Assembly: GCA_045629845.1 (NCBI GenBank)
Contig: JAZQRZ010000212.1
Location: forward strand, 1 to 62,136
DNA: 62,136 bases
Direction of reading: 5' to 3'
Source: Eggerthellaceae bacterium
GTDB taxonomy: Bacteria; Actinomycetota; Coriobacteriia; Coriobacteriales; Eggerthellaceae
Shown: positions 1 through 9,409 of the stretch, piece after piece
Layout: each line of letters begins with the position of its first letter
Numbering within the stretch: position 1 is the stretch's first letter
Notes under the pieces: generated by a model
Told to the model about the DNA's origin: nothing
Databases searched by the model: none
Seen by the model: only the letters and a program-made list of their open reading frames with translations
Position numbers and translations under genes: made by a program

Positions 1-1069
1 TAGGATGACTTCCCGCCCACTTTACTGTTATCTCGTAAGCGATGCCTGCAATAAGCGGCATAAGCAAGATGCGAACAATAATGACCAGAACCAACTTCGG
101 CGCACCATCAGGCACACCCCATGCGGCAATAAGTGCATCAAGCGGGACAACTGTGTATACAAATATGGCAATGATCATAACCATGATAAGGAACGCGGTA
201 CCGCAACGCACATGAAGACGTGGGAAGCTGCGAGCGTTTTCGGGCGTAAGTGGAAGGCCGTGCTCGAAACAGTGAATAGTCTTATGCTCGGCGCCGTGAT
301 AACCAAACATGCGCTTGATGTCTGACATGCGTCCAATTAACCATATATAGAAGATGAAAATACCAATACGAAGCACGCCATCGACAATGTTCCACAGCAG
401 CGTACGATCGTCGTATTCGCCAACAATAAGATTGGTTACAAACGCTGGAGCAACTACAAACAGCGCAACGCCCAGCACCAAACCAAGAATCATAGAAATG
501 GCCATTTCGGTATCGCCAAGCAAGGGTTTCTTTTCAGGCTTTTGTTCCGCTGGTTCTGTTTGGATCGGCTCCGAAACAACTTCAAGCGTGCGTTGAGCGC
601 CCAACGCATCGATCATTTCATCTGGATTGCCAAAGTCGCGCGACCAAGAAAACTCGGGCTCTTCGGGTTTTTCGGGCTCTTCGGGTTCTGGCTGGGCAGG
701 AAGAATTGAAGGCTCTGACTGAACCTTAGCAGCCACTTCAGTCTTGCCATCTTCGCTTGCCTCTTCCTCGACAAAAGCATGCTCTGCAGCAATGGAAAGA
801 GCCTTGTAGCCAAGCGCCAACGATTCAATGAACGCCCGACAACCACGGATGAAGGGCCAATACAACCAACCACTTTTATCTTTGCCGTATGACAGGTCGT
901 GCTCTTCGGTATAAATACCACCATCGGGTTCACGTACAGCTACCGACCAGTTATATTTCCCGCGCATCATAATGCCTTCGATGAGCGCCTGACCACCAAC
1001 ATGGGTTTTCAGTTCGCCATCTTCGGAAAATGCGCGCGACAAATCGCTCTTTTGCTTTTCTTTGGACAT
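1..1069 (-). CDS. DUF1385-family membrane protein (partial; 3' end runs off the left edge of the window)
   Basis: Absent from the ORF track because no stop lies inside the window. My translation from the ATG at 1069..1067 reads MSKEKQKSDLSRAFSEDGELKTHVGGQALIEGIMMRG...MFGYHGAEHKTIHCFEHG...RCGTAFL. It contains the GGQAxIEGxMMR and YHGAEHK motifs typical of DUF1385. The frame stays open to position 1. Confidence 0.8.
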   Translation of the reverse strand, partial: MSKEKQKSDLSRAFSEDGELKTHVGGQALIEGIMMRGKYNWSVAVREPDGGIYTEEHDLSYGKDKSGWLYWPFIRGCRAFIESLALGYKALSIAAEHAFVEEEASEDGKTEVAAKVQSEPSILPAQPEPEEPEKPEEPEFSWSRDFGNPDEMIDALGAQRTLEVVSEPIQTEPAEQKPEKKPLLGDTEMAISMILGLVLGVALFVVAPAFVTNLIVGEYDDRTLLWNIVDGVLRIGIFIFYIWLIGRMSDIKRMFGYHGAEHKTIHCFEHGLPLTPENARSFPRLHVRCGTAFLIMVMIIAIFVYTVVPLDALIAAWGVPDGAPKLVLVIIVRILLMPLIAGIAYEITVKWAGSHP

Positions 1070-1189
1070 ATACGGTTCTTTCAATCTATTGGTTGAAGTG
1101 CATTGTGCCCCAACGCAATGCAACTGTGCCCCACCATAGGCGGGGCACATAAAAAAGTTATCTTAATGAAACGATTCTAGCGAGATACA

Positions 1190-1870
1190 TTAATCGCGAC
1201 GAACACGCGGATAAGGATCACCGCAGGTCATCTTCCCTTCTGGACAGGCGCCACGCACACAACCCGGACCAGCATCCACAAAAATGAACGGTGCAGTTGG
1301 ACGTACAAGCTCGAGCATCTTCCAAGCCAGCTCACGGATTTCCCACTGAGCACGGTTGCAGCAACGCAAATTAAAGAAGTGCAGCAGCTCGCGAATGTTC
1401 ATAGTGACAACAATCTTTGTTTCAGCAGCATTCGGCAGAATGTAACGTGCGTCTTCTGCAGGAATGCCCGCTGCTACAAACGCCTGATATGCTTCGACTG
1501 TCTTCTCAATCATTTCGTCAAACAGCTTGTTGCACTCTTCGTTTTCAGCAATAGAATCTGGCTTGATTGTTTCCAAGCCATCCGTGAACTTTACGTAGCG
1601 CTGACTTTGCTGATTAAAGCTAGCCAAGCGATGACGCACCAGCTGATGAGTTAACGCACGCGACACGCCATCAATCGCAAACGTATAGCTAGCATGTTCA
1701 AGCGTTGACAGGTGGCCGCTTTCCAAAATAGTGGTCAACACCTTGTGAATACGCGCTTCATCAAGGGATTCCATCAGCTCGGAAGCACCCACAGGCGCAT
1801 AGCAAAGACGCGCAGCTGTTGCGACCGCGCGTTCAGGATCTGGAGTATGGTACAGAAGCTCGACGTTCAT
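1190..1870 (-). CDS. thyX: FAD-dependent thymidylate synthase ThyX
   Basis: 226-aa ORF with the ThyX signature RHRxxSxxxxSxR (VRHRLASFNQQSQRY). ATG start with an upstream GAGAGAGGG RBS. Confidence 0.93.
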   Translation of the reverse strand: MNVELLYHTPDPERAVATAARLCYAPVGASELMESLDEARIHKVLTTILESGHLSTLEHASYTFAIDGVSRALTHQLVRHRLASFNQQSQRYVKFTDGLETIKPDSIAENEECNKLFDEMIEKTVEAYQAFVAAGIPAEDARYILPNAAETKIVVTMNIRELLHFFNLRCCNRAQWEIRELAWKMLELVRPTAPFIFVDAGPGCVRGACPEGKMTCGDPYPRVRRD

Positions 1871-1953
1871 AGCCGCCCTCTCTCTCGATTACAATTCAAA
1901 AGTATAATCTGAGACATATTAGTGAACCGATGTATAACGGCGAAAGGCACGAA

Positions 1954-2841
1954 ATGACAACGGGCTCGTTCATCCCAAAACTTACCACTACCGATTGGAA
2001 TGAAGAATGGAAGAAACTTCAGGTTTCAAGGCGCCATAGCGACGACTCTTCCGTCTGGGATGAAAAGGCGAAAACATTTCCCGTTGCCCATGGCGAGCAA
2101 ACAAGTTATGTGCAGCGTTTTCTTGAACTGGCGGGTGTAAAACCAGGTGAAACCGTGCTTGATATGGGTTGTGGCACAGGCGCACTTGCAACCCCACTAG
2201 CGCAAAACGGTTGTCGCGTAATTGCTTGCGACTTTTCGCAAGGCATGCTGAACGCAATGATTGAAGACCAAAAATCACTTGGCGTAACTGGTGTTGAAAA
2301 TTATCTTTTAAGTTGGTCGGACGACTGGTCGCACGTGGGACTTACCGAAAACAGCGTTGATGTAGCATTCGCATCTCGCTCGATTGTAACTAACAACTTA
2401 CAAGATTCCTTACTTCGCCTGCATAGCGTGGCTCGTCGACGTGCGTGCATTACCTTGCCGTGCGGGCCATCGCCGCGCATTGACGAGCGCTTGCTGGCAG
2501 CCGTTGGACTGCAACAGCGCGTGGGGCGCGACTTCTTGTATGCGTTTAACATCCTGACTTCGCTAGGTTTATTCCCCGAAGTTGCCTACATTCCCAGCAA
2601 GCGTATTGATTTGTTTGACTCCTTCGAAGAAGCAAGTGATAAGTACACAACCATTGTTCAAGAAGCAGTGCAACACCTGGTGACAGAAGAAGAGCTCCGC
2701 AGCATTCCTGGCAAGCTGCGAACATGGCTTGAAGCTAATCTTGTTCAAGATGACGAAGGTTTCCATCTTGGAAAAGACCGCAAAGTAACCTGGGCCTTTA
2801 TTGCGTGGGACACCTCTCAATCATTGAATACGCAAGGGTAA
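1954..2841 (+). CDS. class I SAM-dependent methyltransferase
   Basis: SAM-binding motif I plus the acidic post-I residue (VLDMGCGTGALATPLAQNGCRVIACDFSQGML). The track ORF starts at 1930. I prefer the ATG at 1954, which is preceded by GAAAGG. Confidence 0.8.
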   Translation: MTTGSFIPKLTTTDWNEEWKKLQVSRRHSDDSSVWDEKAKTFPVAHGEQTSYVQRFLELAGVKPGETVLDMGCGTGALATPLAQNGCRVIACDFSQGMLNAMIEDQKSLGVTGVENYLLSWSDDWSHVGLTENSVDVAFASRSIVTNNLQDSLLRLHSVARRRACITLPCGPSPRIDERLLAAVGLQQRVGRDFLYAFNILTSLGLFPEVAYIPSKRIDLFDSFEEASDKYTTIVQEAVQHLVTEEELRSIPGKLRTWLEANLVQDDEGFHLGKDRKVTWAFIAWDTSQSLNTQG

Positions 2842-2852
2842 TCAGCGGTTAA

Positions 2853-3527
2853 TCAGCTTCGGTCATTCCAGTTGGTTTCTTCAGAGCCAACACCCTGGCC
2901 GACAGTCTCTGAACTGTTGATTGTAATATCCCAGATATAACCCTCTTCAAGTGAAGTCAGATAGCGATCGCCCTCAACCTCATCAAAGACCATAGTTTCG
3001 TAATAACCGTCAGGCCCAAATTGCTCGTCTACGCCATACCATTCAGTACCTGAAGAATCTTTCATGTAGTACTCGCCACCAGGAAGCCATGTTTCTACCG
3101 TTCCAGCGCCTTTTATAAACACGCTTTCAACTGGTTTCTTGTCTTTCGTTAAGACCACGATATAGCGTCCCTTATTAGCATCTGAATCGGCTACAATAAA
3201 ATTGAGCTTCATATTATCGCTGGTCATTGCTTCATCGTGGAACAGCTCGCCTGTTTCTGGCATAGTCTGAACGCATGCTTTGGCACGCTGCTCCCAATCG
3301 CCATAAGCACTTTTCTCAAACGCTTCCTTGGCGCTGTAGAACTTGCCTTCATCAAACAAAGCACAAGCGCGATCGTATTCTGCTTTACCGGCATCTTCTG
3401 AACTTGAACTAGCAGATTCGCTCGTAGCCGATGACGCGCCTCCTGACGAAGAACCGCCACAAGCAACAAGCCCCAACATTAGCGCGAATAAACAACAGGT
3501 AATGATTGCAAGTGTTCTCTTCTTCAT
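2853..3527 (-). CDS. lipoprotein of unknown function
   Basis: Signal peptide with a lipobox (MKKRTLAIITCCLFALMLGLVAC-GGSSSG). Last gene of the giant-protein operon, 35 nt downstream of the preceding stop. Confidence 0.8.
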   Translation of the reverse strand: MKKRTLAIITCCLFALMLGLVACGGSSSGGASSATSESASSSSEDAGKAEYDRACALFDEGKFYSAKEAFEKSAYGDWEQRAKACVQTMPETGELFHDEAMTSDNMKLNFIVADSDANKGRYIVVLTKDKKPVESVFIKGAGTVETWLPGGEYYMKDSSGTEWYGVDEQFGPDGYYETMVFDEVEGDRYLTSLEEGYIWDITINSSETVGQGVGSEETNWNDRS

Positions 3528-3562
3528 GATGTCCCCAATCTCGCCAGATATCTCACAAGCTA

Positions 3563-4834
3563 TTAAGGCCGAACAAGTGAAATGACTTCGGTTTCTCCGC
3601 TAGGCCACATGAACGAGCCAGTAGCATACTGGTGACCATCCTGTTCCCAGAACGCCGTCAGCGTAAGACGACCCGAACCCGTAGCGTCAAGCATGCCACC
3701 ATCAAACTTACCAGTGAATGTGGAATTCGCTGCCGAATCCTCGTAAACCTTACCCGCCTTGTTGTCGCGGATGTAGTACCAATTAAACGTTGCGGTAGCA
3801 CCTGACTGCGCCGCATCGATAGTAACGTTAAATAACCTCTCCAGGTTGCCACCGTGCATGTATCCCTTCCAGCTCCCCATCACCGTGCCAAAGTCGGTGA
3901 TACGTTTAACACCTGATGGCGCGTTGCCCTTATCTGTTTCACCTGTCGTCCACTTGAATTCGTTTATCACAGGGCGCTCAGAAGTGGAATACGAGGAAGA
4001 AGCAGCTGCAGAGGACGCAGCCTGCGATGAAGATGTAGCTGCACCTGAGGATCCACTTGTCGCCGAACCGCCAGAAGCACTTTCAGCCGACGCTGAAGAT
4101 ACCGACGCGGACGTACTAGAAGCTGCAGACGATGCTGACGTAGAAGCAGCCGAAGCAGAAGCTGATGCCGAAGAGGCACTGCTGGAAGCAGCAGAGCTTG
4201 ATGAAGCGCTCACTGAGCTAGCTGATGCTGAAGCGCTGGCCGCCGAGTCGTATGTAAGCGCTTTATCTTCATTAGGGTCATGCGGCTGAAACTGGAACAG
4301 CGGCACCACGTACAGCATAAGCACCACGATAACAAGCACAGCCCCAACACCAACAGCAATTAATGGCAGCTTCGACTTCTTTGCCGCAGGTGCAGGCTTC
4401 GCCTCCCCACCCGAAGACGAGTAGTGAATAGTCGGTTCGTGCGACTTAACTTGTTCAGCCTGATTGTCCGATTTAGTTTGAGTGTCCTGCGCGACTTTCT
4501 GCGCCTGACCAATAACCGTACCAATCGCCTGCGTTGCCACAGAAGCTGCTGACGTGGGGATACCCGCACCAGTGCCCTGCCAGGTAGAAAGCACTGTTTC
4601 ACCTGCTGCTGCAGGAGCATCGATTGTTTGCCCGAACGTGTCAGTGATAGTCTTCACAGTCTCGACAGCAGATTCGACAGCTTGTATAGCATCCGCGCCT
4701 GCACCAGAGACGTCTACAACTGAAGCCTCTACAGTAGACTCATTAGACTTAAGATCCTCAACGGGCGCGCCACACTCTGTACAAAAACGCAGTCCTGCAT
4801 CAAGCTCTTTTCCGCATTGTTCACAAAAAGCCAT
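3563..4834 (-). CDS. zinc-ribbon membrane protein with a Ser/Ala-rich linker and an unknown C-terminal extracytoplasmic domain
   Basis: N-terminal CxxC...CxxC ribbon (MAFCEQCGKELDAGLRFCTECG). One TM segment at aa 156-180 and a poly-Ser/Ala stretch at aa 197-285. Starts 23 nt downstream of the giant gene. Confidence 0.8.
   Translation of the reverse strand: MAFCEQCGKELDAGLRFCTECGAPVEDLKSNESTVEASVVDVSGAGADAIQAVESAVETVKTITDTFGQTIDAPAAAGETVLSTWQGTGAGIPTSAASVATQAIGTVIGQAQKVAQDTQTKSDNQAEQVKSHEPTIHYSSSGGEAKPAPAAKKSKLPLIAVGVGAVLVIVVLMLYVVPLFQFQPHDPNEDKALTYDSAASASASASSVSASSSSAASSSASSASASASAASTSASSAASSTSASVSSASAESASGGSATSGSSGAATSSSQAASSAAASSSYSTSERPVINEFKWTTGETDKGNAPSGVKRITDFGTVMGSWKGYMHGGNLERLFNVTIDAAQSGATATFNWYYIRDNKAGKVYEDSAANSTFTGKFDGGMLDATGSGRLTLTAFWEQDGHQYATGSFMWPSGETEVISLVRP
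3980..4246 (-). repeat. low-complexity GCN/AGC-TCN coding repeat (Ser/Ala linker)
   Basis: Encodes SAASASASASSVSASSSSAASSSASSASASASAASTSASS... inside the 3563..4834 CDS. It also creates an Ala/Glu/Asp-rich shadow ORF on the plus strand. Confidence 0.8.
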
Positions 4835-4857
4835 ATCAACTCGTCCTTCCTCAATAC

Positions 4858-7800
4858 TTATTTATTTGGAAAGAACTTGTTCATTTCCACGATAAGCTTC
4901 TCCAGCTCATCGAAGCACTGCTCAACGGTCGCACCACTAAAATCCTTGGCCAAGATGGCATTAGCTTCAGTAATAGTCAGACCAGGCGCACCAACTCGCC
5001 CTGCACCACTGTGCTTAAGCAGCTGCAATTTCTTCAGGAACATCGGAACGTCTACACTCACATTCGCAAGAAACTCCTTCAATCGGCCTGAAGTCTCCAA
5101 TATTGCAATCTTTTCCACAATGATACGGTCGGCCTGCTTGGTAAACTGACGGACCGCTTCCTCAGCGAACATCGCACTCTTAGACAGGTAGCTTAGGTAC
5201 TCCTTGTATTGAAGGCTACCTACAACCAAATCTGTCACGCTCTCCTTGAGCTTTAATGCGGCCTGCGCCATCTCTTCAGCGAACCCCATCCAGTGTGTGC
5301 ACTTATACTTGGCTACCTTAGCCACTACATCAGGATGCTTGAACGCTTCACCCGCACGACGTGGATCGACAACAATTAGCAGGTCGTTATATTCAGGACT
5401 GTATGCTTCGGGGTGAAGTGCGCTCGTAACTGTCATGTCAAGAGTTTCCGCGAGCGCTGCCATAGCTTCCTTGTTGCTGTAAATACCAGCCATCGTGTTG
5501 TAAAGCTCCGCATTGAAGCTCTCTTGAGCGACGGTGTGGCTGATGTCCTTCCACTCGCCGCTTTCGGTTTGGTACTTGAACGTAACATCCAAATCTCGCG
5601 CAACCTTCTTGCCAGCAGCAACATCGACGTTGGCATTACCACTCGAGGTGTGGTAGCGAATACGGGAAGCCGGTATTCCAAGACGCTTAGCCAGGGCCTT
5701 TACCGTCTTTTCGCAGACCTCGATTTCTAATTCGCCAATCATCTTGTTGTAGAAAATGTTCAGCGCTTCGTATTCCACGCCCTTAAGCTTGTTCATGAGA
5801 TCAATCGCGAACTTATCTCTGCGCAGACCTATCGCAAGCGCCCGCGCCTCAAACTGAGAAAGCACACGACCGTTTTTCACGAGCTGACCATTAGTCACGA
5901 GCTTAGCCATCTCGTCAACCTTGATACGAGCTTCGACTTGAGCGAGCGCCTCAGCCTTGGAGACAGCTGTATTTGCACTGTCGAGGATGTAATAACCTAT
6001 ATTGGTGGCGGTACTGTCGAAACCCCTATGAGCCTTGATTGCAGCATTTGCGGCATCATCAGCACTGTTCAACTGACTGGCCAGCCACTCAGGCAAGTGC
6101 TTACTCGACGAGAACCACTTGATTTCCTTGAACGCCTGTTTAATCAAGTCGAACTGGTTCACAACCTCCTTACCCAAAATGAATGCGCCCTTCACACACT
6201 TCCCGACCACGTAGAAGCCAGCAGCCCATGCGCCCTCGTTCAAGGCATGGCGACCACCCTTATCGATTCCTACACGGAACAACTCAAGCGTACTATCGCC
6301 ACCATGATCCTTGTAATCAAGCGATGCCTCGATGCCAGCAGTAATCGAATTCAGGGGCACAAAGACTAATTCGGAAGTGCCGAGCGTCTTGATAGCAAGA
6401 ACAAAACGTATGAAGCCAACACCCAGCGAGCGATTGTAGTCGTGTACGAACATGTCGGCCGCATCATAGAGTTCGATCCCGCGACTATTCAGCGCAAGGT
6501 CGATAGCCTGAGCACTTCCTACTTCACCGTTTTCAAACCTTGCAAGCGCGTGCTGGACGGCCTTTACATCTGAAATGCAGTAACCGTAGTGCTCATCGTA
6601 GCCATCAAGCATCACCTGGATAAAGTTATAAAGTGGCGTAAGATCCTCGTAGTAGATATTTGTTGACACCTGACGACGAATGCTCGTGTACGCCGTGTAC
6701 AGATTCAATCCGAGCGCAGTAACGGGTTGCAATGCCAAAATCGGATTGTCTATCATACCTCCAGTCACATCTGCGATTGTCTCGGCTACGCTGATACTAC
6801 CTGCAACCGCCAGCTCGCCATTCGGACGCTCCCTAATAGTCTTTTGAATCGCCAGCAGAAGATTCTTCACATCCTTATCTTCGGCATCGTAGAAGTCCTG
6901 ACGCTCTGCATAGTCGATGCGCAAAGGCTGCGAGATGGCATTCACACGCTGCTCAGCCGTATACATTCTCACGTTACCAGCACTGTCAGTCCAGCTTACG
7001 GCCAGCTTCACGTCGACCAAGGTACGGTTGGGTGGAAGCATAATAGCCTTCGTAGGCATAATCTCGAACATAACCGTATTGTCAGCAGGATTTACGTCCT
7101 TGATGTAGTACTGGAAATCGAGAATCTCAGCAGGCCTCTCGATTACCCTACCCTTCTCATCATGCAGTGCCGATGAGCCTTCCACGTCCGTAAAAGAGAA
7201 GCTTATATCGCCAGGATCGGGAAGCTTGGTACATGGTCTACGGAAGGTGTTACCTTCTTCGTCAGTGAACTCGTCAACCACGAATAGCGTCAAATAGGCA
7301 TGAGTGCGGCCAGGCGTCTTTTCCATACGATCGCGCGTGGCCAGAAGATAGCTTTCCGTTCTCTCGAACAGCTGAGGGAACATCTCTTTAGCCTCGCGCG
7401 CTGTCTCGCGGATAGCTAACTCCGCTTGCCACTCAGCAGTAGGAATCACCATGCCGCCCGCCGACCCAAGCGATGCTGCTATCAATTGCGACGCACCCTT
7501 GATGGCATTCCTGCCGGAAACAATAACCTCACCCTCGTCGAGGTAGCGATCGTAGAAATCACTCGTCATCTGTGCCTCAAGGTCAGCCTGCAGTTCGGCT
7601 CTTCGCTTGGCGGCCTCGGGGTCAGCCGGGTCGTCTGGAACAAGCTCTGCAGCCTTAGCGGCTGCCGTTTGCCTAATGCGCTCAAGACCGTCTGCAGGGG
7701 CCTCCCGTTCGACCAATTCCAAATAACACTTCAAAGGCTCGCACGTGAAGCGAATACCCTCGAAGAAGCGGAAGAACCTAAACTCGCCTTCCAGCTTGTG

Positions 7801-9333
7801 TCCCTGTCCACTTGAATCAGCGGAAAGCGTAGCCGCAACCGCACATGTAAAGCTCTCGATTGTGCCTGGTGCGTCATCCTTACCGATTTCACCACATTCA
7901 GTCATCTCAACCGCAAAGGGGCACCCTGGGTAATCTTCAGTGCGCACGACATGTACATCACAGAAGCGTTTTTCAGCATCGGGTGAGGTAAGGCGTGTCT
8001 CGAACTCAGGGTTAAAGTTCTCGGGTAAGGCCTCCCCCGAGAAGCGGAACGGCAGCTGGAAGGTCTGCTTCTGCCCCGCCACAAACGTAAGTGCTACATC
8101 TGGAAACTCTAAGCGCGGCACCTGAATCTTGAACTTTACGTTATTCGTAAAGCTGGCACCGTCACCCGTAAACTCGATAGACACAACACCCGTCGTGTCA
8201 GTACCCTCGGGCCCAGCTGCAATAGCTTCGATGTTTATACACTTGTTGGAACCTTGCATACCAGCAGATTCGGCCTTAAGGTTGTCAGTCACACCAAAAG
8301 AAAGACGCGCCGTTAAATCGTCACGATTCACCGTACCGCCGCCGTTGGGCTTGTCCTCCACGATACGAGCACCCACAGTCTGCGCGCCACCACCCACAAA
8401 CAGTGTGTCGCCAAAATCTTTCCAAAGCACCATGCGGAAAGTTGAGGGCTCTTCTTCCTTTTGATCGTCATCAGGGTCAGGTTCGTCGCCCTTCTTACGT
8501 CCGCGCTGCGACAACGCTAACGCACCACCCACTACAGCCAACCCACCAATAACGGCAAGCGGAATAACCCAACCGCCCGAATCACCCTTATCCTTCGAGG
8601 CATCAGTTGCGATGGTTGTGTTTTCTTGAACTGGTTTTTCCTGAGTAGTCTCCTCCTGAGAGGATTCCACCTGCGTTCCAGAAGCGTCATTCTCTTCATC
8701 TATTTCGAAATAGTAATCAATAAACATACCGCTAATCTGCATCCCAATATTTACCTTGAGCCAGTCAGTACCTTGGGGCACGGTAATATCGCACACGAAC
8801 TCGTTCTCTGAAGGCATTTCAATATCTGTAGACTCATTTGGTTTCGAAGGATCTGCAAACATTAGTGTTTTTGATGCTGTTGTCGGAAAGCCGTTAGACT
8901 TAGGAAAAAGCCAGGACTCACCATATCCCGAACGCTTGACATCGTTATCTCGCCTCGAGGCCAGAACATCAACTCTCGGAGGTCCATAGAGTTGACGCAC
9001 TTTGCCTGTCTCGTCATCTACCGCGTTAGCGCTAAACTTCAAATGCAAGTGCACGTTACCAGTAGGCATTCCAGTGCTCATTTTGACGCGACGTTCGGAA
9101 CTACCAGTTGATCGCTTTAAGACGACTGGATCCACAAGGCCGTCCATCTCGATAGAAAAATCAAGGGTGTACTTCTCGGCAGTCATATCGCGTTCAACAT
9201 GTTCAGTGTCCTCAAAATGCGTGTTTGCCGCCTGTGCGGTCGCCGGCAAAGCAAAAGCCCCCAACACTGCAACCAAAAGAAGCGTAATCGCAGAAAGCGG
9301 GAAGGCATATTTCCGCTCGATGGTTTTCAGCAT
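4858..9333 (-). CDS. giant (1491 aa) bitopic membrane protein of unknown function
   Basis: Uninterrupted 4.5-kb ORF. N-terminal signal or anchor with an AxA site (LPATAQA-AN), an exposed region of about 220 aa, and a second TM at aa 254-275 followed by RGRKKG. The remaining roughly 1215 aa are predicted cytoplasmic. I recognise no family motif and found no P-loop. Confidence 0.85.
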   Translation of the reverse strand: MLKTIERKYAFPLSAITLLLVAVLGAFALPATAQAANTHFEDTEHVERDMTAEKYTLDFSIEMDGLVDPVVLKRSTGSSERRVKMSTGMPTGNVHLHLKFSANAVDDETGKVRQLYGPPRVDVLASRRDNDVKRSGYGESWLFPKSNGFPTTASKTLMFADPSKPNESTDIEMPSENEFVCDITVPQGTDWLKVNIGMQISGMFIDYYFEIDEENDASGTQVESSQEETTQEKPVQENTTIATDASKDKGDSGGWVIPLAVIGGLAVVGGALALSQRGRKKGDEPDPDDDQKEEEPSTFRMVLWKDFGDTLFVGGGAQTVGARIVEDKPNGGGTVNRDDLTARLSFGVTDNLKAESAGMQGSNKCINIEAIAAGPEGTDTTGVVSIEFTGDGASFTNNVKFKIQVPRLEFPDVALTFVAGQKQTFQLPFRFSGEALPENFNPEFETRLTSPDAEKRFCDVHVVRTEDYPGCPFAVEMTECGEIGKDDAPGTIESFTCAVAATLSADSSGQGHKLEGEFRFFRFFEGIRFTCEPLKCYLELVEREAPADGLERIRQTAAAKAAELVPDDPADPEAAKRRAELQADLEAQMTSDFYDRYLDEGEVIVSGRNAIKGASQLIAASLGSAGGMVIPTAEWQAELAIRETAREAKEMFPQLFERTESYLLATRDRMEKTPGRTHAYLTLFVVDEFTDEEGNTFRRPCTKLPDPGDISFSFTDVEGSSALHDEKGRVIERPAEILDFQYYIKDVNPADNTVMFEIMPTKAIMLPPNRTLVDVKLAVSWTDSAGNVRMYTAEQRVNAISQPLRIDYAERQDFYDAEDKDVKNLLLAIQKTIRERPNGELAVAGSISVAETIADVTGGMIDNPILALQPVTALGLNLYTAYTSIRRQVSTNIYYEDLTPLYNFIQVMLDGYDEHYGYCISDVKAVQHALARFENGEVGSAQAIDLALNSRGIELYDAADMFVHDYNRSLGVGFIRFVLAIKTLGTSELVFVPLNSITAGIEASLDYKDHGGDSTLELFRVGIDKGGRHALNEGAWAAGFYVVGKCVKGAFILGKEVVNQFDLIKQAFKEIKWFSSSKHLPEWLASQLNSADDAANAAIKAHRGFDSTATNIGYYILDSANTAVSKAEALAQVEARIKVDEMAKLVTNGQLVKNGRVLSQFEARALAIGLRRDKFAIDLMNKLKGVEYEALNIFYNKMIGELEIEVCEKTVKALAKRLGIPASRIRYHTSSGNANVDVAAGKKVARDLDVTFKYQTESGEWKDISHTVAQESFNAELYNTMAGIYSNKEAMAALAETLDMTVTSALHPEAYSPEYNDLLIVVDPRRAGEAFKHPDVVAKVAKYKCTHWMGFAEEMAQAALKLKESVTDLVVGSLQYKEYLSYLSKSAMFAEEAVRQFTKQADRIIVEKIAILETSGRLKEFLANVSVDVPMFLKKLQLLKHSGAGRVGAPGLTITEANAILAKDFSGATVEQCFDELEKLIVEMNKFFPNK

Positions 9334-9409
9334 TGTCGGCTCCTCGTCTCGTCAATAAGGCAAAAGAATTGCAGTCAACAAAAACGCGAACTTGAAAGTT
9401 GCTCAATAA

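Noticed and set aside
3846-4289. 147-aa Ala/Glu/Asp-rich plus-strand ORF, with similar minus-strand shadow ORFs at 3967-4179 and 11924-12478
   Set aside because: These are reading-frame shadows of the Ser/Ala and Ala/Glu/Lys low-complexity coding repeats.
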